From the NCBI RefSeq assembly GCF_009914755.1, contig NC_060939.1: a DNA stretch of 64,000 bases; one strand, 5' to 3'. Shown one piece after another: positions 12,129 to 28,925 of this stretch. Position 1 is the stretch's first letter. Each line of letters opens with the position of its first letter. Both the position numbers and the translations under genes were made by a program. The notes under the pieces are model-generated. The model was given only the letters and a program-made list of their open reading frames with translations, was not told the origin of the DNA and ran no database searches. The DNA comes from the human T2T-CHM13v2.0 reference genome, Homo sapiens.

Positions 12129-14504
12129 ATGACCTTGCACTAGATCTACTTGCAAATATTAAAACTGTTGTGGTACAGTGAAGGAAGAGCAGGAGTTTCT
12201 TTGGTAAGTACCTTCACTTCTACATGGAAGCAACTCCAAAGTGTTACTCTGGTATAACTCTGATCCAGGATTAGATTAATGTGGTGGCCAAAGAAAGAGT
12301 CTGGTGGCTAAATGTGATTTCAGTGGACTCAAATTATTTACTACTGTTTCTTAAAAATACTATGGGGGCCATGCATCTTCTGTGCCACACCTCCTCTGAA
12401 TTCCAGTTTTTCCCTCCCATCTACTTAACTCATAAACTACACTTGGGTTGCTCCGAAATTGCTCTCTTCCTACCTCCCCCATACAGCTTCCCGGGTCTCT
12501 TGTCCTTTCTTCCATCTCTAGATGACAAATGTCCACTGACAAAGTCTGGCTGCAGCACAGAAATGGTCTGGCAACTGCTGATCCCTCTTTGGGGAGTGGA
12601 GGAGAGCAATGACCTGAGCAGGAAAAGCAAGTTCTCCTTAGCAGGCAAGGAAGGAGGAAAGCCGGGAAACCCATGTATATTAATATTTTCAGCCTCATCA
12701 CATTACGTTTTCTGGGTGCAGGTTTTTATCTCTATAACCAGGCTGCAAACTCCTTGAAAGCTTGTCCTTATCTTCTGCTTTCTTGTATTTCCCAACAGCA
12801 TATGTGGGACCGAGGTTTGCTGAATGGATGGTGTGTGTACTGGGCTGTGACATTTTTTCCAGTGGACTGGTGTGATTGAAAGAGATAATGTGTCTGAAAG
12901 TGCAATGTAAATTGTAATACTCTATATACATGTCATAGTTATTATTGTTACTATCAGCACCATCATCATCATCCTCTAGCACATCTTTTATGCACCATCT
13001 GCAAAAATAGGCTTTTTCCTAGATGAATGCTCCACCTAGACCACCAGGATTTAAGCTCAACAAAATAGACAAATTCCTTCCAAAGATATATTTATGTGTC
13101 ATTCCTATGTTTATAAAGTCCAGAATTATAATAGAGTGGGAATATCACATATTATGGCATGAGTGTTTCTAAATGTTACTTACACTTTCTGATTGGAAGA
13201 GCAATCAGATATCTTTTATAAAATTTAGAAATAGAAATGAGATAATAGAAGAAACCATTGTTAATATTTTACCACATTTCTGTCCATCCTTGTGTGTATT
13301 AATATATAATACATGCATACATAGATTTGTGTATAGGTAGTTATGGGTATAAAGATTTATGTGTTGCTGTGTTTATAGTCTCATGAGCAATTTCCTATGT
13401 CATTAAATACATTTAAAACTATTATTTTGTTGGTAAAATAATATTCCACTCAAATATATGTAATAACAAGTTTAACCATTTCTCTACTTTTTGGAGATCT
13501 AAGATTCTGTCTCTTTCCTAATATGAATAAGATTTCAATTAAGATTTGGTAATAAGTCATTGTCTACAGCCCTAGTTACTTCCTTAGGAATTAAGAGTTT
13601 AATTAGTAGGTCAATGGTATGACCTTTTAAAATATATTTATAAATCTGGCAAGGCATTTTTCTGAAAATAATTAGCCAGTTTACATCCTTCCAAGAGTCT
13701 AGAAGATTGCCTCTCTTATCCCACCCTCAGTGGCAATGAATAATATTAATTTAAAATTTCTGATTATTTGATACAAAAATATTCACACTTAGTTTTGTTT
13801 TTATTTTTTAATTACTGAGGTTGATTTTTTTTTTATGTGCCTTTTGGCCATTTGCATTTATTCTTCTGTGAGTGGCTTAGTTACCTCTTTTGAACTCTTG
13901 ACTTTGAATGAGTCTTAATGTTTTCCTTCTTAATTGATAAAAGATCTTTAATAGCTTATTTTCACCTTTAGGCTATCGTACTACAATTATTTCTTTGCAG
14001 TTGTTTGCCTTCAAGATTTTGTATATGATGTTTTTGACATGTAAATATATTAATTTCTTAAGTAATATTTATTCAGGCTAGTGTACTATATTGAACTATT
14101 TTCCAAAAATTATTGTGATCACTTATTTTTATTGTAAAATATTTTGTGCACAAATGAATGTATAAAATACACAAAACAATATACAAATAACGTATAGAAT
14201 ATATGTGCGCTGTTTAAAGAATATTGGATAAAATGAAAGCTCTAGTTTCTACCACTCAATTTTTTTAAAAAAAAAAAGCAGTGCCGGTAGTTACCTGGCA
14301 GCCCCCATGAGAACTCCCTAGTCACACAATTCTCCTTTATTTCCCCAAGTTAACCACTCTCCTGACTTTTGTGAGAATCATTTTTCTCCTGAATTTGTGA
14401 ATTGTATATATTTAATATTTAATCAATATATTGTTTGGTTTTAGTTTTTCTTGTCTTTGGACTTTATATAAATGCAACCACAGTGTGTATATTTTTGTAT
14501 CATT

Positions 14505-14633
14505 TCATGCCTGTAATCCTAGCATTTTGGGAGGCTGAGGCAGGAGGAGTGCTTGAAGCCAAGAGTTTGAAACTAGCTTGGGCAACATAGTGAGACTCCG
14601 TTTCTGAATTTCAAAAAAAGACCTAAAAAAAAC
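14505..14633 (+). mobile_element. FLAM / Alu left monomer
   Basis: TCATGCCTGTAATCCTAGCATTTTGGGAGGCTGAGGCAGGAGGA...GGGCAACATAGTGAGACTCCGT plus A-rich tail. Confidence 0.85.
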
Positions 14634-14642
14634 CCACAGCTT

Positions 14643-15113
14643 TTATCAGTCAACTATTTTTGCAGCAATGCTGTGTAGCAAACTACTCTGTAACTCAGTA
14701 ACCTAAACAACAAGCATTCATTTTCAGGCTCATGGATGTGCTTGGTCAGTTGTGCTTTAGGCTAGGGCTTGGGTGGGCAGGTCTACTTCAGACTGTGAAA
14801 GGACTTCAAGCCTGCTCCATATGTCTTTTCTTATTATGTGATTGCTACCTTGAACTTGTTCTCATGGTAATGAGAAAAGTGTAAGAGTAGACTAGTCATA
14901 CTTATAAGCACATTTGATCACTGCTTGCATCATGTCCACAAATAATCTTTTGGCCAAAGCAAATCACACAAGCTCAACCTCAATGAAACAGGGAAATATA
15001 TTTGGATTTCTAGTGGTGACTGTAAAGTCATATGGAAACAGGAATGCATGTAAGCTATATAAAACTATAATCAGAAGGGTTGAAGAATTTGGAACAATAA
15101 AGAGATCTGCCAT
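14643..15113 (-). mobile_element. MaLR LTR (older MLT1)
   Basis: TATCAGTCAACTATT...TGCTGTGTAGCAAACTACTC...AAACAACAAGCATTCATT...TTGGCCAAAGCAAATCACA...ATCTGCCA. Confidence 0.75.
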
Positions 15114-17123
15114 GCATTTTAGCCTTCCTAAAGTGAAATATATCTTTTACTCAATAGCTAAATTTATTGTCATGCATCTCATTCCCTGTCTTTTTCTTTT
15201 TATGGTTAATAGTTTAGAGTTAATAGTTTATGGCTTTACAATTAAGTGTTTAAGAATTGACGAGACATGGTAATTAACAGATATTACATTATCATTTTTT
15301 TTCTTCCAGCGTTTCACTATAGCAAGATATTGGCTGTTAGTTTACAGTGAATTCTTTTAAAAAAAATTGTGTTAAAGAGTATTCATATTTCTAATTTAAT
15401 AAGAATTTTAAACAACATGCAACTTTTGTCTTCTGAAATTATAGGGATAATATTTTCTAAAATTTTTACTTATTAAATAATATTTAATGTTACTGAAATT
15501 AAACCACTTTTACAATCTGAGTATAAACACTATTTAGTGATGGTGAATTATTCCTTACATCCTTTTGATTCTATTTGCTTGGTTTTTATTTAAGATTTCA
15601 CATCTATGTTCGCAATTTCATTTTATTTTCTTAAGTTTTATAATTAGTGTTGTGCTACCTTTACCAAGAGCACTGGGTAGCTACCATCTTTTTCTGTGCT
15701 TTAGGAGGACTATTTTATTTTATTTTAATATTACACATACTAGAAAAACTAACTCATACTGTTAAAATAAATAAATGTGTTTATGCACTAATATACCAGG
15801 ATGGTAAATAGGTAGAGCGAGTTTGGGGTTTTGAGATTGCTTTAAATCAATGATTATATGACATCAATGACTTGGTTTCTTTTTACATCTCAATTCTGAC
15901 TTCTGGGGTGGCAAACTTTTTAGGCTGGCTCACTGCATGGAAGCAAAATGGCTGCAGCAATTTCAGTCATCACATTTTGTAGTACGTTGTTCATAAAGAG
16001 AAAGATGGGCTGGCTCCTTATAAGCTCATATAAAAAAGAAGTATCTTATTTTGAGAAGTACACACATATATATTCAACATATATAGTCCTAGAATATATA
16101 TCTAGTCACATACTTTTTCATGTTTATTGATCAATTTAGGTTTCATATGTTTTATGAAATCTGTTTTGTAATTTATATCTATTCCAAAGATAACCTTTAT
16201 TTTATCCTGATTTTAAAATGTTTGCCAACATTCTACTTGCAATTCTCCTATTTTTAATCTCCTATATGCCCCTATATTTGCTGCCATAGCCTTGATTTTC
16301 TTTGTGAATATGCATAATATTGAGGACTTAATTTGACTTAAGTACTTTGAAAGAAATTTTACGTATATTAGCTTGTCGCTAACTTCTCTTTTTTTCTTAA
16401 TTAGATTTATAGGACTTGTTTAATTTTGGGGTTTTGTCTATTTTTTAAAAAGAACTGATTATTGGATTTACTTACTCTATCTGCTGGTTTACATATTTTT
16501 CAGTAATTAGTTTGACATTTTTTAAATACATTAAATCATTTTTACTGCATTTTATTATTTTCTCCTTTTTTCTTGAAGTTGACTTTATATTTCTAAATTT
16601 TTAAGAATAAAAGTTATTTAATGACAAAGTATTTAAGGATTTTATTTATGCAGGTTTACATTTGTCATGTGGACATATCTAAATAGTTTACTATTTTGTT
16701 ATGCATTTACTCTTTAACTCAACAGGCCCTTAGAGAAGAGCAGCTTTCAACTTTTAGGACCTTGTAAAGTTGTTTTTCCTATTTTTACTCTTACTTAATC
16801 TTGAATAAATAATGCAGTCTATACAATGTCTAATTTGGGTGACTTATTGCAGTTTTGTGTCTCAGTAAACAAAAAATTTTAAACTATTCTTTGGAGACTT
16901 AAAAAAATTTAACGTTTAAGTGGTATAAACATTAAATATACTGTATGTCTATTCACTTTATATGCTGATTATATTAATCTAATCATCACTATTTCTATAC
17001 ATTTTGACTACTTTATTATATTGTGAAAGTAGGGAATTAAAGCAATTCCAATTATATTTATCTCAATTTTTAATTTCATTTTATTTTGACAAATAATTGC
17101 TTGATTAAACAGTTGGTTTCAGA

Positions 17124-17238
17124 TTGGGCATTGTGGAGTACTTGGGGAGGCTGAGGCAAGAGGATTGCTTGAGGCCAGGAGTTGAGATTAGCCTGGCAAA
17201 CATGGCAAGAGCCCGTCTCTACAAAATAAGAAAAAAAT
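17124..17238 (+). mobile_element. FLAM / Alu monomer fragment
   Basis: GGGAGGCTGAGGCAAGAGGATTGCTTGAGGCCAGGAGTTGAGATTAGCCTGGCAAACATGGCAAGAGCCCGTCTCTACAAAA. Confidence 0.8.
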
Positions 17239-17567
17239 TGATTTCATGTGTAATATGTGAGCACACACTCACAAAATCAGCACCTAAGTCAGGACTTACA
17301 AACTTAATAGGTCAGCTTCCTGCTTCTATTGAGTCACTAACACTCACAGGTAATTGCTATCCTTAATTCTAACAGCATAGATAAGTTTTGTTTGTTTTTG
17401 TAATGTCTCATGTCTGGCATCTTTCATTCAACATTAGATTTGGTCATGTGTTTTGTGTGATACATTCTATAAAACAATTGGCCTGAACTCAAAAAAAAAA
17501 AAAAAATCAATATCATGAAAGACCAGAAAAGCAAACAAACAAAAAGCTGAAGGGCTTGTCTACATTA

Positions 17568-17987
<420 letters not shown>

Positions 17988-19012
17988 TTAATGTTAAAAC
18001 TTTTATTGTGAAATGGTGTGGTTATATAGAAGAATATTCTTGATCTTAGATGACAGGATACATTTAGGAGTCAAATGTTTTAGGATCTGTAAGCTATTTT
18101 AAAATAGTTTGGTAAAAGTAATATACATACATATATACTTGTGTGTGTAAAAAGAGCAGGGAAGTGTGGCAAAATGTGAAAAATTGGGGAAGGACAGGTT
18201 GGTGTCCATTGTATTGTTCTTTCAGCTTTTCTGTGGGGGCTGAAATATTTTAAAATTAAAAAATGGGAAGATAAGCACACATTGCTATTTAATCCTAATT
18301 TTTAATAACTGAGCAGTAGATTTTCTGTTGTGATTTTATTTAGCATATGTAGAAACTGAGGCTCAGTGGAGTTTGGCACATTGCCTAGAGTGTGGCCCTG
18401 ATGACTCTGTGATCTAGGTCTTCTGACCATCTCCTGTGCACCTTTTATGAAGGCCACAAGGACACTGTTGACTGACAGTTGAGAAAGGTAAAAGCTATTA
18501 AGACATCCTAGAATTTTAGAGTAGATAGAAACTACAGTGATCAGCTAATCAGATTCTCTAATCTTAGAAATGTCAAGGAGGTCAAGTACTCAGTCCAAGT
18601 TCACAGAATGAGTTAGAAATGTCAGAGCCTGCATTACAATCTTGGTTTTCTAATTTTAAAATCCATATTATTTTTACTGCACCACCAATGAGCTGAACGT
18701 TCCAAGCAGATAGAATTCTGGGCCATGGAACATTAGGACAACAAAGTTCAAAATCAAAAACCAAAACAAAAGCCTCAAATTCCTCAGCTTGCTTTTCAGG
18801 TTTAAGCTTGACTTCTGACCACATGTCAATCAGGCATTGTTTTCGGCTTGAGTCGGGAATATTTTGTATAACTCCTCTGAATGTGTAATATCCCTGCTCT
18901 CTTTCCCAGCCAGGTTGGGAGTGTATCTTGGCGTGTAGCAGAATTTCTGAGTGTTTATTTCCCCGTCTTACATCAACAGTTTGCTGAATCATTTACTTTT
19001 TCTCTTTGACAG

Positions 19013-19080
19013 AGTTTCAATGCTGTCAGTAGAATATGCATCAGGGCAGAAGGGAATTATCATGGTGTCAGGCATTATGG
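19013..19080 (+). other. Candidate exon (68 nt)
   Basis: Acceptor TTTACTTTTTCTCTTTGACAG|A and donor TGG|GTAATT, in unique sequence. Confidence 0.25.
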
Positions 19081-20149
19081 GTAATTCCATGTAAATGGTT
19101 CTGCAGAGAGCCATGCTGATTTGCACGGCGGCAGTAACAACTCTAAGTGGAAGGCTTCCTCATGTCTGGTTTTGTTAATTTCAGTTTAGTGGCTATTAGC
19201 AGGTTTCCTGAAAATAGGAATGTTAGACCCTAGACAGTCCTTCTCGAACTTGAGAGTGCTTTCCAGTCTCATTTATCCTCTTCTCATAGAAAAGGTTTTG
19301 TTTTCAATTTCTTTGTTTCTATTATCCTCATCTTTCTGTTTACTTTTCCTGGCTCCCTGCCTAACCTGAGAGGAAAGGGATGTGTCTCATGTTCCCTTCC
19401 CACACTCAAGACTCTGTGCCCTGAGTTTGGGTTACACTTTTCTTTTTTTTAAGTTATTGAGTATACTTGAACAATAGTATACTCTGCCCCACTATAAATA
19501 ACTTTTTTCCCACAGAATACTGTATGCTTTTATAGGAAGAGCTCTGGACTGAAAGTCAGGGGGTCACAATTTCAATTTTGCCATTAGTCAGTCCTATGAC
19601 CTTGATCACATTATTTTCATCACTAAATAACGTTGAGAAAATGGAACGATTCTGCCTTCACATGTGTTTGATAGGTGGTGAGTAATTAGGTTATACATGT
19701 TCATTCTTAAATTATATATGAAAATACATTCTAAAAGATATATTTTAAAAATCAACACTTAATTATCCAGGAAAAGTTGAATTAATTTTTTTCTTAGTTT
19801 TTTAAAGTGTCATGACATTTCCTTATTCTGTATGACTTAATGTATTTGAACACATTGTTTTGTTGTCTTCTCTTATGTGATCTTCTCTAGCTCACATAAA
19901 AGACTAACATTTTAAAACCCATTTTTAAAATACACAAATGAAAGTGTAGCAAATTAATTGATTTATATAACATTAATTGATTTATATAACAATCAACCAT
20001 ATTTGAGCTAGAATTAATAGTTTAAAAATCTTAATTTTAATATCTTTTTTTTACTGCATAGGTAGTAAAATAATGCATCCAAGATAATTTGTAAAGTAGA
20101 AATGGACAATAAAACATGGACAATAAAATCACCTGTGTCCTATATTTGT

Positions 20150-22400
<2,251 letters not shown>

Positions 22401-22986
22401 TAGGTGGTAAGACAGCAGAAGCTGAGAATATATGCAAATATGTGATTAGATTGGCTGATCATATCAGTCCAAATTCTGCATAAAAAAAAATGGTTACTTT
22501 CATAATTGATACCTTGTTTCATTTCCTTCTATCTTTTTAATGCACAGGATTAATTTGGGTTTTTTTTTTTTTTACATAAAAACAATTATTCTGGAGTATG
22601 CCCTTTTATTCAACATTCTTTTTTTTTTTGGTGGGGGGCTTACAATATAATGCCTATGTGTGGTGTTATATACAATTAATGATTGCATTAATTTTTATTT
22701 TTACTTTTGTAAATCTACCTAATTGTATTGTCCTTTAAAACTACATGTCAGTTCATGGTTATAACACCCATTGTTATCAATAACTCACTCACCAATCAAT
22801 TTAACCATGAAAATGGCCCATGCCATATGTCTGACAAGCATTAAGTCATAGGACCAAAAAAAATTGGGATAAGCTTTAAAAGTATCATTCAGCATTCTTT
22901 TATGGACATGTAAAAATAGTCTAGTTTCTTAATAAGCTACAGCATATATATCTAGTTCTTTTTGTGGCACAGGGGGCATTTAGTTT

Positions 22987-23378
22987 TGTGAAAGAGACCA
23001 GCAGTTTTTCTAAAATACTCTCTTCTCCCATTCTTCATTAGTAATAGAATCCCTTTCCCTGTTTTTAGCTTGGTACACGGCCACCTGAAATGAGGACTAA
23101 GTTTGCCAGCTTCCTTATTACTAAGTATGGCCATGTGACCATCTTTGGCCAATCAGATGAAAGTGAAAGTGGTGTTTCAGCCATCAGTCATCTGGCACCA
23201 TAACCTTGACAATGGAAGCTATATAAATTTATAAGGTATAAGGAATCTATGTCTCTGACACTATGGGGGATATACTTCTGGTCAAAATGACTATGAAAGA
23301 AAAATAACTTCTTTTATAAGCTACTGTTATTGTGGTTTTTTCTGGGCCTCACAGATGAATTTCAGCCATCTGATAACA
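22987..23378 (+). mobile_element. MaLR LTR (old MLT1)
   Basis: GCCAGCTTCC...GGCCATGTGACCATCTTTGGCCAATCAGATG...AAGCTACTGTTATTGTGGTTT...CTGATAACA. Confidence 0.7.
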
Positions 23379-23394
23379 CGAAAGTCCAACATAC

Positions 23395-23454
23395 CTGTTT
23401 TTTCCTAAGCCAAGAATTCTATTGCTTGTTTTTCTTCAGTCCACATGAGACTCT
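23395..23454 (-). ncRNA. Candidate non-coding exon (60 nt)
   Basis: Minus: acceptor TTTTTATTTTGCTCTTATTTTCAG|AG and donor CAG|GTATGT; stops in all three frames. Confidence 0.35.
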
Positions 23455-23957
23455 CTGAAAATAAGAGCAAAATAAAAAGGCATTACTTTAAAAAGGACAA
23501 AGAAAAAAAACCCTGAATTTAAAAACTATAGGGCAAGATGTCTGTAAAGTACATATTTGTGATCCTCCAGCAACTGTCCTTGAATCACATACTGGCAGGC
23601 ATACAGTATCAGCACACTGTCTAGAGGCTTCTTTCCCGAGCTCCCTCATCTCCCAGACCTATGGATTCTGAATATAGGTGTAACTTTTTTGTATCCTGCA
23701 GCTAGTCTTGCCCACGCTACTCTCTGCCAAGGACAAATTCCAAGTAGGTTTGATTTGGGGATTTCATTGACTTCACAGTTCATTGGCAGAGCAGTGATTC
23801 TTAAAAATTCTGTAGTTAGTAAATCCCTTAGCACTTCTTGGTTCAAATCCTCAAATTGGCTTTCATCTGAGAAGGAAATTCTGATATTACTCACTGAAGT
23901 GTCTTTAAGACACCCTTTCCTATGTTTCCTATATTCCCCCAACATACAACTTAATTA

Positions 23958-24137
23958 AGTAGTTCTCAAGTTTTAATCAGCATAAAATCTTGATAAAAAT
24001 GCATCTCATCTGACCACAGCCTCAGAGTTCTTAATTTGGTAGCTATCATGGTGAGGCCCAGGATTATTCATTTTTAACCAGTGTTATTCCATGACTCTGA
24101 TGTGGGCCCTGCAGGGGTCACGTTTTGAGAAATTGCA
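23958..24137. mobile_element. MER5-like hAT DNA transposon
   Basis: AGTAGTTCTCAAGTTTTAATCAGCATAAAATC...GAGGCCCAGGATT...TTTTAACCAG...CACGTTTTGAGAAA. Confidence 0.7.
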
Positions 24138-25650
24138 TAGAGGCCTCCAAGGGTCTTGACTCAGACAATCTAACTAGTTATAATTTTCTAGTACTTCTAA
24201 GGCTCATGCTGAAAGGAAAGAACACTTCTGTATCAAAGAGATAATTCAAAGAGGATTAGATTCTGGTTAAAACTTCTCTCACTGTAGAAACACATAAGAA
24301 ATGGCATGGCTTCCCTTGCTGTGTGAATTTGGAATTGTATAGATCTTATTATAATTCCAGCACTGCTACTTATTGGCTAAGTGATTTAGATGAGTTATTT
24401 GGCATATACAATCCTCATCCACAATGCTGTTGTCAGGATTGGAATGCCTAGCCTGGCTCCTGGAGCATTGACGTTCGTCAGTAAATGACGGTGTTCCTGT
24501 TTTCCCACTCCTCTTTCTTCTCATTTTCTTAGTTACATGAAACTTCTTGACCCCTCCATAGATTGCTAATAAGTTCCAACTACTGATCTCTCTGAGTGTT
24601 GATATCTTACTAAACCTGCCACTGAGTACGTTAACTCTTAACACTGAGTTCAGTTGACTTCCTGAATGTCTGACAAAGTATTGTCTTCCTTGGTCCACTG
24701 CTTGGTGTCAGTCCTGGTTGCCCCATCTGAGACACTGTCTCTTGAGCTGTGGTCCCACATGTGGTTGCCCTACTTCCACCAGCATAAAGTGTCATTGAGA
24801 TGGGGGTACTTCAAAAGTCTGGGGAGTTTTTGCTTGTTTTTCTACAGTCCAACTGGACTCTACTGGATGCTCAGAAGCCTTCCATTGTCTGAGATTGTTT
24901 AACAAATGAGTGATCTTCACTAACTTCATCTATTCTTTCCCCAATAAAATAAAAAGGAAACCTCTGTTAAAAGAGTAAGTCTGACACCTGTGCTTCTACT
25001 CCCAGTGCACTCTCAATTTAAATGTCATTTTAGGGTCAAAAGATTGGCAGACAATATATGGAGGTACACCAGTTCTCCTCATGTTCTCTTTCAACTCAAG
25101 CATCATAGGGAGCTTCGCAGCTGTGACATGACTTCCACTTAGTGACAAAGGGGATAAAATCAATTTCCATTTCTGTGGTTCTTCCAGAGAGGCACAGGGA
25201 TCTCAGCCTCCTAATGTTGTTATTGTTGAAGATCCAAAGATAAGAGCTAGGCTTTAATGTTCGAGGCCAGAATAGAAAGACTGGCTACCGGAGGTTTTTA
25301 TACTTCCTGATTTATCCATTCTAGAAAGATGTTGTCAAAGGATCAATATTAACACACCGAGATGTGGTTTAGCTGCTTTATATTTCATAGTTATGTAGAT
25401 ACCTACCTCGGATTGTAGATTTAAACATTTGTTTGGGTAAGACCTGCCTAAAACTAGCATACTATCCATTTATTCTCCTTCTTTAAAAATCTTCCAATAT
25501 TTGTTTCTGGAACCCTATTCTGAGACTCATTTCAAGGGTATTAAGTTAATGAAAAGTATTGTGTTTGAAGTTTTCTCTTTGAAATTTCATGAATGACTAC
25601 ATTAAATCTCCCAAAAATGTATGTATACACACACTTCAGTGTGTGTAAAG

Positions 25651-25879
25651 CAGTGGTTTTAAGCAGGGAGAAATTTTGCCCCCTTTTCACTTCCCCTGCC
25701 AGAGACATTTGACAGTATCTAGAGACATTTTGGGTTGTCCTAACTAGGTACGGATGCAATGGGCATCAAATGAGGAGAAGTCAAGGATGTTGCACAATTT
25801 CTTGCAATGCACAGAACGGTCCCCATAACAAATAATTTTATGACCCAAATGTCAATAGTGCTGATGTAGAGAATCCTTG
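25651..25879. mobile_element. MER20 hAT-Charlie DNA transposon
   Basis: CAGTGGTT...ATTTTGCCCC...GACATTTGACAGTATCTAGAGACATTTTGGGTTGTC...CAATGCACAGAACGGTCCCC...AAATGTCAATAGTGCTGA. Confidence 0.88.
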
Positions 25880-27887
25880 TTATAGACCCTAACAAATGCG
25901 TTTTATCCATGAGAATGTATATTCATTTTATTTTCACGAAAGATTAGTTCACCCATCAACCAGTTGGGATATTGCCGAGTAGCCTTCTTGCACCGTCCTT
26001 CCATAACCTCCTCAAATGCAAACCAAAATGAGTTATGTCAGCACAAACATCCCAGGGGATCCTGATACACAAATAAGAAATAGTTAGCCCTGGCTTGCCA
26101 AGCTCCCTCCACACCAAGTCAATAGTCTCATCTTAAATTAGAGTCCATACACTGTGTCCTTCAGTGCCTGCTCCTTTCCCTTCTCCCTGCCACCCGGAGT
26201 ACAAGATGCAGACTTTTCCCTAAATCCTATAATACCACAAAGCCCCTGCTCTTTGTATTATTCTCAAGCCCTAGCAGGACTTTTTGCACTCAGGCAAATA
26301 AACACGCCACCAATAATCCAATAAAACCTTCACAGACATCGGATATAAACCACAGTGATGAGCAGCGCACAATCTATAGCTGCTTGGTTCTTTTTTATAA
26401 ACCGTGCACTTGAGCCCTGAAGGCAACACAAATCAAAGCTAATAAAAGCACCAAGGCCTTCCCCTTATTGTTCCTAATGGGTTGATTCACCCTACCTATG
26501 CCATCCCCCTAGTGACCACAGGCTGTCTCCACTCCCAAATGGAAGACATACAAGCCAGCATATCAAGTATGAGGAAGGAAAGAGCTCATTTCAAATATGC
26601 CTTTCATCATGATGGCTTTCCACTTGGTGCTCAATAGCTGCAGAGAAATAAACACGATCACCTTGGGCTGGAACTAGCCAATGTCTCATACTCCCAGAGA
26701 CCAAATACAGCACAACACTCAATCCTAGAGCTCATTTTTTTTTAAGTGTGTTTTCCAACTCTCAACTTTGTGAAGGAGCTGCAATTAGTCTATGCAGTAA
26801 ATGAAAGCAGATTAGAGCAGAAGAATGTGAGTAGTTTGATAAAAAGCTTGCCCCAAAGCAGAGGTAACAGGAAACCACAGTTAGAATGTTCTTTCTTCAC
26901 AGGAAAACCTCTGTCTTTGGTAGAATGACTGCAGAGTTTCACTGATAATCAAAATGCGAAGATTTTATTCTGAGCCACAAACTCAGATGTCTCTATGGGC
27001 CAAGCAGATCATGTACCTGAGTGAAAAAGGGGTAGAAAAAGGGAAAAGCAAGAAGGGGAGTCTTTGGTCATCTGGATCACATTCCTTGTTTATAATCTCT
27101 ACTCCTCCCCTAGAGCTCTGCCAAGTTGTTAGCAAGTAGGAGTGTTTTTTCAGATCTTCCCATTTTTTTCAAAGCTATATAATAAAGACTTATTTTGAGT
27201 GTAGAAGCTTCCAATTTTTACATATGGGTAAGTAATTGCATTTAGACAAAAAATGCATGGGCCAAAACAAACTAAAATATATCTGTGGGCTGGAACTATT
27301 AATAGCTGTGAGCTACCAGGCTGGCACCACTCTTTACCCATGGCCCTGTATGCAATGTCTCATCCTTGAAAATGAAGTTAATAGTTAGTGTCCATTAGTA
27401 CCAGGACCCTAATCAAGGCTTTACAGAGTACATTGTTGTATTTTTTAAGTTTCATGTTTAGAATCCACATACATTCATGGAAAGAGGTGGATGGCAGGTG
27501 TCAGGGTAACGTGTTGGCATCCCCTTTTGTTTCAAACCTTCTCCTATAGGTGTCACCGATGCTCTCCTTGGGGAGGACTGTGGTCATTGACCTCCCAGTC
27601 CCCTTCATGGTAAACCTTTTCTGATGATGGGCCCTGCCTAGTCAGCCAGCCATGGAGAAACAAAGATTACATACAGCCTTTCCTGACTAAAGATGCCAGT
27701 GAGCATCAAAATCAAATGGGAGCTTCTCATAGCCCCAGGCACCGAGAGATTGCCACTCTGGAATCTCTCTCAGTAGGGTTATGCTCTTTTATAATGTAAT
27801 ATCTTCTCAACAGCTCCTACTTTTCAGAGCAGCCTTGCAGAAAAGCAGTTGGAGGTCTGTTTCTGTTAGCCAAGAATTCATACTCAC

Positions 27888-28026
27888 AGCTTGCCAGAAA
27901 AGGTGATGCATCTGTTTATAAGGGAGGTAAGGGAAGAGCCTACTCTATCCATTGGCACAATCATTCCAGATGCATCTGGTGGGACAATTCTGGGGCTGAT
28001 TCCAATCTCCGGAAATGCATTCTTCC
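27888..28026 (-). ncRNA. Candidate exon (139 nt)
   Basis: Minus: acceptor GCTAATAATTTTCCCAG|G (CTAAT branch-like motif) and donor GCT|GTGAGT; one open frame, no recognised protein. Confidence 0.3.
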
Positions 28027-28789
28027 CTGGGAAAATTATTAGCAAGGAGGGACAGGTGTGCAGGGCATTCAAACAGACCTTCCTTTTATTTCTGTTTAAA
28101 TCCTGAATATCTATTAACAACTTGCCTTCCCATTGTTCCCCAACAATTGAAGCGCAGCTGAATACACAATAGGAAAATAGAAACTGAACTAGCCAATTGA
28201 CTCCGGCTTCTATTTAACTACCAATACACGCAATGATGTCCTAACTAGTAAATATTTGGTAGAAAATATGTAAACATATAAATAACACTATTGAGTATCT
28301 CCAAACTAATTTTTGGAAGTAGGTAATCAATAATTTCCCGTTACTTTCTTTTCTCTTGTCTTTCCTTTTCTCTCCTCTTCTTCCCTCAAATATTTGTAAA
28401 GCATCTTATATTATGCGTAATTCTGTGTACATCGTACCTCTAGGAAAGGACTTCCTCCCCATCAAATTCATATATGTTGACAAAAAGAACATACGCAATT
28501 CAAAAAACTAGAAATTGCCCTGGTGTGTTATTAGATGTCCAATAAATGTTGCTGTTGTCACTTGCTGGGAGAAGGGAAGTCATTGCTAACTTGCAGTGGT
28601 CAGGAAACACTTCAAGAAAGTGTACGATTTGGATACATTAGGAGGAGAAATACCTGGGAGAGGTGGAGTAGGGATAAACATTATGAGGAAAGTCTAGCTA
28701 TGGGCTTCGTAGTAGTTTTGCTGCTATACCACATTACTATAGATGGTTAGTGTGAGTTAGAAGAAAGACTGGCAGATAATTTAAATATT

Positions 28790-28925
28790 GGACAAGTTAA
28801 TTTGCCTCCCTGAGCATCAGTCTCCTCATGTGTAAAATGGGAGTAGTAATGCTTACCTCCATTGAGATGCTATCAATTAAGTGAAATAAGTAATGAAATA
28901 ATGTACGGAGCATGAAGCATGCTTC
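28790..28925. mobile_element. MIR fragment
   Basis: GGACAAGTTAATTTGCCTCCCTGAGCATCAGTCTCCTCATGTGTAAAATGGGAGTAGTAATGCTTACCTC. Confidence 0.8.

Larger units (their letters stand above)
13250..17120 (-). mobile_element. Highly diverged old L1 (L1ME/L1M-type) fragments with nested insertions
   Basis: T-rich, degenerate antisense-L1 motifs throughout; boundaries approximate. Confidence 0.55.
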
